Shown one piece after another: positions 32,553-39,679 of a stretch of 39,679 nt of DNA. The stretch lies in IMG/VR virus record IMGVR_UViG_3300036453_000007, positions 1 through 39,679 of that record; one strand, written 5' to 3'. This DNA comes from a virus (lineage: Duplodnaviria; Caudoviricetes). Below the pieces are notes generated by a model, which was not told the DNA's origin, made no database searches, and saw only the letters and a list, made by a program, of their open reading frames with translations. The position numbers were made by a program, and so were the translations under genes. The first letter of the stretch is position 1; every line of letters starts with the position of its first letter.

Positions 32553-34256
32553 TTAGTTGAGCGCCGTCACAGAGCGCGCGGTCGGGAACTGTTTGAACTT
32601 CTCGATGAGTTCCACCCGCGGCGTTCCGTCATTTGCCCACATGCCGTAATGCTTGGCCGGATCGACAGCCTCCTGGTCGGCGATCGCCCACGACAGGCCG
32701 CCGGCTACGTGCCGCCCGTCGATGCGGGTGTAGGCGATGGATGCACGCACCGTTTCATACCGCGCCACCTGTGCCGTCATGTTTCCCGGCGTGGCGCTGA
32801 ATTCGCCGAAGACTAGGGGCTTGTCCTCACCCTCGGACCAGTATGAGTCAACGTCTGCGGGGGTAACGTCCCAGTAGGCGTGGTAGTCGTAGAAGTCCAC
32901 CCAGTCACGCAGCTGGTCACGGGCGAACCTTCCCGAAGTGTCCGCCGCAAACGTAACTCCCGAGGTGAAGGAGAACGTTATCTTCCGGTCACACACGGCA
33001 CGCAGCGCAGGGACGATTGTCGCCTTGTTGTCGTTGGCGAAGAAGTAGTTCTCCTGGAGGACATCCCAGCCGATGACGTTCTTGTCGCCGTTGATCTCCT
33101 TGCCCAGCTCGACAAGTACAGCCGTTATATCTGCTATGGGGTGCGAGGTTGCGTCGCCACCGCACACGTAGACGTACAGCCCGATGCTTGCGCAGTAGTC
33201 GATCGCCTGCCGCCACTTCACACGGTATTCTGCAGTTGTGAACATGCCATTGATCACGCCGTCAACGTTTCCGAAGATGCGGACGGTGTTCGCGCCGATT
33301 GATTTGGCAAGATCGATCTGCCACTTGATGCGACCCTCCCAGTCCCACACTTGCCAGAACGTGGCCCAGCTCTGATCTACGAGCACCACGTTGGAGCCCT
33401 TGATAAGCTGCCGTCCGGGAAGTAGGTATAAAGAGTCGAGGGCAATGCTGGCGGCCGGACGCACCCACTGGAACATCACAACATGGAACGCGCCCGTTGC
33501 GCTCGAGCCCACGGTTGTCCACCGTGGCGCGATCTTTGCAGGGGGGTACGTGTAGGAGGCGGCGGCGTTGAAATACGTTGTCAGCGCGCCGGAAACAGCA
33601 CCAGTACCCGTGTAAGCCGCGCCGCCAACGTAGGAGCGCAACGTCATCGCTCGGTCTGTTGCGATCGCTGCGAGGTAGTTGCCCTTTTGCAGGAACTTCG
33701 GAGCGGAGAATGTGGCAGTGAAAACACCGGTCGCACTGACACCGATCGCAATCTCTCGGTGTTGGATAATCGTAAGAGGTTGCCCGAAACCATCAGCTGA
33801 ATAGATAGCAACGTTCAGCACCGCAGCAGAGGCAGGGCCAGCAGTCACCTCAAGGGTGAAGTTGTCCAGCCGGAGAGACGCTGTGACCTCGAACGGATAA
33901 TACTGGACGCTCCCCGTTGTTAGAGCGAACGTGCCACTAGCGCGGAACTCGACGCCCGGAACGCCCGAGTATGCCGGACCGCCAGCCGGTGAGGGCATTC
34001 CTGTGGCTGCGGAACCCACAGCATACGCGGCATTCGCGCGGTTGACTTCCTCAGACCGTGCTGCGACGCGGGATGTCTTGACCACAGCGCCTAGTGCCGT
34101 CTTCGTCTCCGAGGTTCCGGTGGTGCTGATATAGCCGGCTGTTGCAGTGTCGTTCGCAACCGCGTTGACACCTGGAAGTCCTTGCGGCCCGATTGGACCC
34201 CCGGGTCCCTTGATGTTGGCGATCAGTTCGTAGTCTTTGTAGATTGTCATATTCAT
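32553..34256 (-). CDS. Tail-associated protein with a C-terminal GH5-like (clan A) glycoside hydrolase domain
   Basis: N-terminal NIKGPGGPIGPQG fibre motif. C-terminal IDLAKSIGANTVRIF, VIGWDVLQE, VDFYDYHAY, KPLVFGEF, GGLSW. Confidence 0.75.
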   Translation of the reverse strand: MNMTIYKDYELIANIKGPGGPIGPQGLPGVNAVANDTATAGYISTTGTSETKTALGAVVKTSRVAARSEEVNRANAAYAVGSAATGMPSPAGGPAYSGVPGVEFRASGTFALTTGSVQYYPFEVTASLRLDNFTLEVTAGPASAAVLNVAIYSADGFGQPLTIIQHREIAIGVSATGVFTATFSAPKFLQKGNYLAAIATDRAMTLRSYVGGAAYTGTGAVSGALTTYFNAAASYTYPPAKIAPRWTTVGSSATGAFHVVMFQWVRPAASIALDSLYLLPGRQLIKGSNVVLVDQSWATFWQVWDWEGRIKWQIDLAKSIGANTVRIFGNVDGVINGMFTTAEYRVKWRQAIDYCASIGLYVYVCGGDATSHPIADITAVLVELGKEINGDKNVIGWDVLQENYFFANDNKATIVPALRAVCDRKITFSFTSGVTFAADTSGRFARDQLRDWVDFYDYHAYWDVTPADVDSYWSEGEDKPLVFGEFSATPGNMTAQVARYETVRASIAYTRIDGRHVAGGLSWAIADQEAVDPAKHYGMWANDGTPRVELIEKFKQFPTARSVTALN

Positions 34257-34693
34257 GCCTTCTTTCGGAAGAGATCACCGGTGAACGGGTCGAGAACGTA
34301 GGCGGTAAACGGGTCAGGTATGCCCGTGGTGATAGCGACAGCGAGAGGGCTGCTCCAATCGCGCACGAGGTCGGTGAACTTCCAGATACCCTCTGGAATG
34401 CGGATCTTGAAGGGGAAATAATCTACCCGGGGCATCCCTATCTCTGAGTCGAGTGAAGTCCCTGAAACCGTGTACCAGCGATCTTGCGCCATCGTCTCCG
34501 TGGAGATGATGGGCATTGTCCAGTCACCCGTCAGGAGGTCAACGTTTGCGCTGTGCGTCCTAGCAGACGATACGAGTCGAGTGGCAGTTGACACTTGCGT
34601 CGCCGATTCGGACAACTTGAACGTGATTGTCGATTGCCAGATGCCCATGCTGAAAGATGCTAGGTCGGTATAATTGCCAGAAATGACTGACAT
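34253..34693 (-). CDS. Minor tail protein (fibre anchor-like)
   Basis: 146 aa beta-rich; RBS GGAGGG; ATGA-coupled to the hydrolase gene. Confidence 0.7.
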   Translation of the reverse strand: MSVISGNYTDLASFSMGIWQSTITFKLSESATQVSTATRLVSSARTHSANVDLLTGDWTMPIISTETMAQDRWYTVSGTSLDSEIGMPRVDYFPFKIRIPEGIWKFTDLVRDWSSPLAVAITTGIPDPFTAYVLDPFTGDLFRKKA

Positions 34694-34755
34694 ATGCCCT
34701 CCAAGGGGGTAGAAGGAAATGCGCGGGTGAGTGCGCGGTGGTATAGGCTGCGGCC

Positions 34756-35184
34756 ATGTTTAAAAAATGGGGGACTGTTCTGGCCGTTGGTGTTGTGCTT
34801 GTGATGAGCGGATGCAGTGCGGCGGCTGAGCCGGTTGTAGAGAGTGCGCCGGTTGAGGCTGCGGCGAGCGCGGAGGCCAGCGAAGTTTCGACCGCCGCGC
34901 CGATTGAGATGGAGTCAGCACCAGCCCCCGATCCGATGACCCCATGGGGTGAAGCCGGATTCTCGAGCGCCGAGGCGTGGTATATCGCGAGCATGGAGTC
35001 GGTCTGGCAAGGTGAGATGCCTGCCGATTCACAGCTGCTCGGTGCAGGTGCGCTCGCTTGTCAACAGATGGCCGGAGGTAGCGTGCCAGAGGAGATTACC
35101 GTTGTGAGCGGCGACAACCCGGACGCGGTTCTCAACAATCGCAACGCGGTCGGCTACTCAATGAGCATTCTCTGCCCTAGTTAG
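34756..35184 (+). CDS. Lipoprotein (DUF732-like) inserted opposite to the tail genes
   Basis: Signal peptide with lipobox MSGC, acidic Pro/Ala linker, LLGAGALACQQMAGG...ILCP domain; -10 TAGGCT 6 nt before ATG. Confidence 0.8.
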   Translation: MFKKWGTVLAVGVVLVMSGCSAAAEPVVESAPVEAAASAEASEVSTAAPIEMESAPAPDPMTPWGEAGFSSAEAWYIASMESVWQGEMPADSQLLGAGALACQQMAGGSVPEEITVVSGDNPDAVLNNRNAVGYSMSILCPS

Positions 35185-35993
35185 CTCGTTCTCCAGAGCT
35201 TGCCCGCAGAGTCAATGTGGAGGTTCGCGCCCGCTCCGGCTTTCGGCTGCAAGCCACCCATGTCGATACCTGTAATACTTGCGCTGACGAAGAAGCTGCC
35301 AGATACGATCCGCGCGCTGTTTGAACTGGCCTCGACGTAGGGCGATCCGCTGCTAACCATTCGCGCGCCCGTTGCTGTGCCCTCGATTGACGAACCGCTC
35401 GAAAAGAACATGGCCGGCAATCCATTCGGGCCGATTCCGAGCGTCAAGGGTGCGGAGCCGTCAATAGTAATCTTGCCGCCACTGTTCACGATCATGTTGT
35501 TCATCAGCGTGATGAGCGCCTCGAGCGTCGTCGCGCCCTTCACTGCTAGCGTCCCGGTGATGTCCTGATTGCCCTGCACGTGGTGCGCGCCGACCTGCGT
35601 CGTGTCACCCTCGAAGCGCGTCATACCCTTAGCAGTGAGCGCACCAGTGATGTCTGTCGCCCCGGTCACATGGAACGGACCGACCTGCGTGGTGTCACCT
35701 TCGAAGCGGGTGGTTCCGCGTGCCGTGAATAAGCCCGTGAAAAGAGCCGTGCCCTTTGCGGTGAAGGTGCTTGTCAGCGTCACGATTCCATCCCACAGGA
35801 GTGAGCCGACACCCTTCAAGACACCAGTCACCGAGGCGGAACCTTTGACGATCAAACCCTCAGGTGACAGGATGCGGAGGGCGCCCCGTGAGATCGCTGA
35901 ACGGCCCAGTGGAGCCGCCGTTTCAAGCGCTTTCAGTCGCCGCAGAACCTGCGCCATCTCGGGCTCGTTCAGGTTGTCAATGCGGGCCATCAT
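35181..35993 (-). CDS. Minor tail protein with 30-aa beta repeats
   Basis: RRLKALETA coil; TRFEGDTTQVG occurs twice at 90-bp spacing (35590-35621, 35680-35711). Confidence 0.8.
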   Translation of the reverse strand: MMARIDNLNEPEMAQVLRRLKALETAAPLGRSAISRGALRILSPEGLIVKGSASVTGVLKGVGSLLWDGIVTLTSTFTAKGTALFTGLFTARGTTRFEGDTTQVGPFHVTGATDITGALTAKGMTRFEGDTTQVGAHHVQGNQDITGTLAVKGATTLEALITLMNNMIVNSGGKITIDGSAPLTLGIGPNGLPAMFFSSGSSIEGTATGARMVSSGSPYVEASSNSARIVSGSFFVSASITGIDMGGLQPKAGAGANLHIDSAGKLWRTS

Positions 35994-37075
35994 GCTCCAA
36001 TCGGTTGCACGTCGAACGTGATCTTTTCGCTCATATCGTTTGAGTAGCCGATGAGTCGCAGCGAGGTCCAGCCGTCAGGAATGCCGCCGAGATCCTTAGA
36101 CCAGATACGGGCCGTGAATCCCAGGTCGACGTTCTCGATCCGTGGACCTTCGCCGGCGAGCATGGACAAAGACCATTGCTCGGTCGGCTTGGAGTACAGG
36201 GCGAGGTCGGCGTTCGCGTGAGCTTGAAGCGCGGGCAGTCCGTGATCCGCGCCCTTGTACGGTGATTGTCGTTCCAGCGCGGGCAGGTCGGAATCCGTGC
36301 GAGCTGTCTTCACCTGCATGTCGACTTCTGAGCCGGTGCCAGTGGCGAAGACCACCGTTGCCTGCTTGGTCGCGTTGACGGTCACCCTGACCCCGAACAG
36401 CCCCGGTTCAGCGGCCGTCAGATTCCACTCCCACGTGCCCGCAGCGATCAGCGGCATACCGACGATCTGCTGGTAGTAGAGAGCGCCCGAAGTGTTCCAG
36501 CGCGGGGCGAAATCGACATCCGGGCCAAGATTTGTAATCTCATCGAGCGCACTATCAAGCGTGGTGAAGTTGTAGTCGTAATACGTGCGCGACTCAGTAC
36601 CAACCGCGCCGCCGTCAGCGAGCAAAATTGGCAAGTCGTAATTCGCGGTCGGGCCAGCGGTACCAGCCCAGACCACCCAAGGAACAATCGATGCCAGCGT
36701 GTAGTTGATCAGCTCGAGCTTGTTATCCGCAGTGTCGCCGGAGTAACCATTCGTTCCCATCGTGTAGCGGCGTGCGAGCAATGCGCGAATGTCGGCGTGC
36801 TGAATCTGCCACATGCCCGAGTCCCAGTCGAAGCTGTACCCGGTGATGATGCCCGCGTAACGTGCGACACCATTTCGGGATACAACTAGAGTGCGAGCCC
36901 ACGGCCGGAACAGCGTCCGGTATGCAGCACGAGACGCGATCGGGATCGCATTGGGGAAACTGTGCGACCCCGACCCTTGCGCGTTCAGTACGCGATTCCA
37001 CGAACCCGACGACGGAAACACCACCGACTGCCGAACCCCTGTGCGGGTATCGACAATCTCATACGTCCAGCTCAT
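35990..37075 (-). CDS. Minor tail protein (baseplate hub / Tal-like)
   Basis: MSWTYEIVDTRTG...WNRVLN..G.GS...GPDVDFAPRW; second gene after the TMP; start trimmed to the ATGA overlap. Confidence 0.8.
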   Translation of the reverse strand: MSWTYEIVDTRTGVRQSVVFPSSGSWNRVLNAQGSGSHSFPNAIPIASRAAYRTLFRPWARTLVVSRNGVARYAGIITGYSFDWDSGMWQIQHADIRALLARRYTMGTNGYSGDTADNKLELINYTLASIVPWVVWAGTAGPTANYDLPILLADGGAVGTESRTYYDYNFTTLDSALDEITNLGPDVDFAPRWNTSGALYYQQIVGMPLIAAGTWEWNLTAAEPGLFGVRVTVNATKQATVVFATGTGSEVDMQVKTARTDSDLPALERQSPYKGADHGLPALQAHANADLALYSKPTEQWSLSMLAGEGPRIENVDLGFTARIWSKDLGGIPDGWTSLRLIGYSNDMSEKITFDVQPIGA

Positions 37076-37815
37076 ATGAACGTGTCCAATACCTTGACGG
37101 CTAGCGAGCCAGAACCAGATGCAGGGACCAGCGTGTGTGTGACCTGAGCGCCACCAGGAATGCTCCACAGTGCCGCCGACGTGACCGCGCCGAACACCTG
37201 CACGCCGCCGACAGTGAGCGCCCCAGTCGCCATGTCGATGACGTGCGGGGTGCCGGATACGACCGCGCGAGTTACCGTGAAGTTGCCGGTTGGACCGACG
37301 ATGGTGTAGCCGGACATTGAGCCGGTCACCGTCAGGATTGGAGTCGCTGCGAAGTTGCCGTAATGGAACGCGACAGGAGCAGTGCCGGTGAACGTGCGCG
37401 ACTCGCCGAACTTGCGGGGGTTGGGGAACTTCACGACAAGCTGATATGCCGCATACGCCCCCCAGAGTTCGATCTCGAACTCAGACCCAGCACGTCGACC
37501 GTCAGCCCACTGCGTACCACCCGGACCGTCCACGACCACGCGCTGCAACTTGCCCGAGCCGAACAGCCCGGACAAGCGCGACGCGTACTGGTCCAAATAC
37601 TCCGCAGACCGTGCATGACACCGACCCGTCAAAGTCAGAATGCGCGGCTCCAAAAAACCCGGAATATCAAAGTCGCCATCAGCCTGAGGACGAGCAACCG
37701 AATCCGTCTTAGGATCGACACCGCCCAACCAGCCCGACCACTCACGAATGAAAAACCCTTCATCGCCCAGCCCGCCCGAAAAGGTCAAACCAGCAATACG
37801 CACATCGAGCGTCAC
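37072..37815 (-). CDS. Distal tail protein (Dit-like)
   Basis: First gene after the TMP; RPQADG...PRILTLTG...PNPRKFG...GNFAATP. Confidence 0.8.
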   Translation of the reverse strand: MTLDVRIAGLTFSGGLGDEGFFIREWSGWLGGVDPKTDSVARPQADGDFDIPGFLEPRILTLTGRCHARSAEYLDQYASRLSGLFGSGKLQRVVVDGPGGTQWADGRRAGSEFEIELWGAYAAYQLVVKFPNPRKFGESRTFTGTAPVAFHYGNFAATPILTVTGSMSGYTIVGPTGNFTVTRAVVSGTPHVIDMATGALTVGGVQVFGAVTSAALWSIPGGAQVTHTLVPASGSGSLAVKVLDTFI

Positions 37816-39550
37816 AGCATCCCCCTAAGGTTCCAATTGAGTTGAGCATTAGCAATCGACGCGATCTCAGACGCAGACGCACCGCCGCCCTGAATCGTCT
37901 GGTTGTTCGTGATCGTCGCGCCCGCCTGCACAGTGGTTGACGGTCGACTGTCGCGGCGATCTGACTGGACGTAGCGCGGGGCGGTGGCATAGCCGACCGC
38001 GCCGCCGGTTGCGTATCCTCTGTGCAAGGATTCGCGGAACGCGTAGACACCCTGCTGCCCGCCCATCGCATCCACGTCGGACGCGGTGAACACGTGCTCA
38101 CCATTCGAAAGCCGCGCAGGGATCGAGTCAGACGTGCCAGTTCCAGGGCCGTAAATCGCGCCACCAGATGCCCTGTACGCGGCCCCAACCGCACCACGTG
38201 CGGCACCGGTCTGCTTTATGACCTCATTGATAACCACGTCACGCTGACCGGGAATGTTGTTCAAGTCGCGCAGGAACTTATCCAACGCGGCCTGAGCCTC
38301 GGCGGCATGCAACGCCACCGCAGTGTCAATGTTCGCCGGAATCAAACCCAGCTCATCGACATAAGCGTCCGCAGCTTCGCCAGTGATGCCGAACTGCGCA
38401 AGCTGTTTGATTAGCTCCTCACGACCGGCCGCGATTATCCCGTTCGCGCTCTCTTGGCTGCCGGACTTCTCGTAGTCAGCAGCGGCAGACTCGAGAGTTG
38501 CCTTGGCGATGGCGTCGATAGTCGCCTGATTCGCGCGGCCCTTCTCGTCAGTGATGTCGAGGCTTGTTCCGTTGTCTTTGACTGATTCCGTGAGCGCGTC
38601 GTAAGCTTCTTCCAGATTGCGAGCGGCATCCCTGGTGGATAGCGTTGCTGATCCGAACCCGCGGATCTGCTCGGCCAGCTCAGAGATGCTGTCCTTTGTC
38701 TCGTCAGACTTGCCCTTGAGCGTGTCCAACGCTGCAGTGTGAACCTCTGCAGCCTCGGCCGCTTCATCGTCAGCGACCTCTTTCTGCTTCGTGATTCGGA
38801 TCGCCTCTTCGATCGAATCAGACTGGCCCTTTACGCCGTTGCGTACAGCCTCGGTAGCCTTGAAATAATCGGCGGAACTTAGACCAAGTTCATCCATCCG
38901 CTTCTTAGCTTCGGCGCCCCCCCTAGTGAAGTTGCCAGTTTCCTTGTTCAAAAATTCGAGGGCTTCAAGGTTTCCCGATGCGGCATCCGTCACTACATCG
39001 ATGCCCAATCCGAGCTGTTCCGCGGCGTCATACGTGGACCCAGAGAATGCGTTAGTAAGCCATGCCCACGAACGCTCGGCGGCCAGATTCTCCTTGACCA
39101 TCTCGCGGGTGGCCTTGGTTATCGTGCCTGTCTGCTTGTCGATCGTGTCCGTGAACGCATCCGTGCGAGCCTTCGCTTCGGCCTGCTGTCCAGCGAAGAT
39201 CGCAATAGCGATGCCCGCAGCAGCAAACGCCAGCCCGATCGGACCAGCAGATGCCGTGAGCATCGCGCCAGCCCTCTGCGCGCTTGGCCCCATCGTTGCG
39301 AGGGCAGCGCTGAACTGTGCAGCCTTCGGGGCGCCCACAAAGAACGCACCGCCAGCGAGCAGAGCAGCAGCAGCCAGGGTGCCCGTTGCCAGAGCAACCG
39401 CCTTGACCGGTTCCGGTGCAGCGTTGTAGAGATCAATGAGATTAGTAAGCGACTCAGCCATGAAACGCAGAACGTCGTTCCCAGCCGAGCCGGTCTGAAT
39501 CAGAGCAGTGTCGAACGCACCCCCCAGTGCTTCGATGTCGCCCTTGAGGT
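37812..39550 (-). CDS. Tape measure protein, C-terminal part
   Basis: In frame with 1..1006 across the join (RLDN-LKGDIEALGGAFDT); contains ASGGAIYGPGTGTSDSIPARLSNGEHV. Confidence 0.95.
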
Positions 39551-39679
39551 TGTCGAGGCGAGCCCGAGCGGTCTCGGCCGCGAACCCTGAGTCATCGACA
39601 GCGGTAGTCCACTCGTCAACACCCTTGGCGCCGGCTTGGTAGAGAGTCGTCGCGGCCGTGATCGTTTCGCGGCCGAGAC
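39551..39679. repeat. Terminal direct repeat (circularisation overlap), copy 2
   Basis: Repeats bases 1-130 with one A missing near the contig end. Confidence 0.95.

Noticed and set aside
35590-35711. Near-identical 32-bp repeats as a template/variable repeat pair
   Set aside because: They are in-frame 30-aa protein repeats differing at synonymous positions, and no RT gene is present.
39551-39679. Terminal repeat as a biological direct terminal repeat, and its 1-nt difference as a TMP frameshift
   Set aside because: It falls mid-gene, the ORF reads through when the overlap is collapsed, and the indel is about 4 nt from the contig end. This fits an assembly overlap with an end error.

Overview
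The window is a complete, circularly permuted temperate siphovirus genome of about 39,550 bp. Bases 1-130 recur at 39551-39679 with a 1-nt difference, and the join falls inside the tape-measure gene. The host is an actinobacterium (WhiB gene, leaderless promoters, high GC by eye). An M23 endolysin without lysin B suggests a mycolate-free host such as Micrococcales (inference). Almost all genes are on the minus strand. In transcription order the late genes are: metallophosphoesterase, HNH, candidate cos, second HNH, terS, terL, portal, MuF-like protein, scaffold, capsid, head-tail connectors, major tail, frameshifted chaperones, tape measure, Dit, minor tails, a GH5-like tail enzyme, the lysis cassette and a fibre. 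These are followed by a small att-proximal operon, an intact attP (3' end of a tRNA, probably Leu), a tyrosine integrase, a CI/Cro-like switch with three operators, and an early operon (xis-like, DUF4258-like, methyltransferase, YqaJ exonuclease, WhiB, RusA, replication initiator with iterons, SSB, zinc-ribbon late regulator). The least explained features are two long, hairpin-dense regions with no credible ORF. One is a ~900-nt late leader (13932-14846) with a promoter-proximal terminator, a degenerate tRNA-like domain and a duplicated module. The other is a ~400-nt early leader (24514-24917). Together with two sequence-related terminators, they suggest an RNA-based regulatory system or a large phage ncRNA. 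All family calls come from motif recognition by eye; no searches were run.
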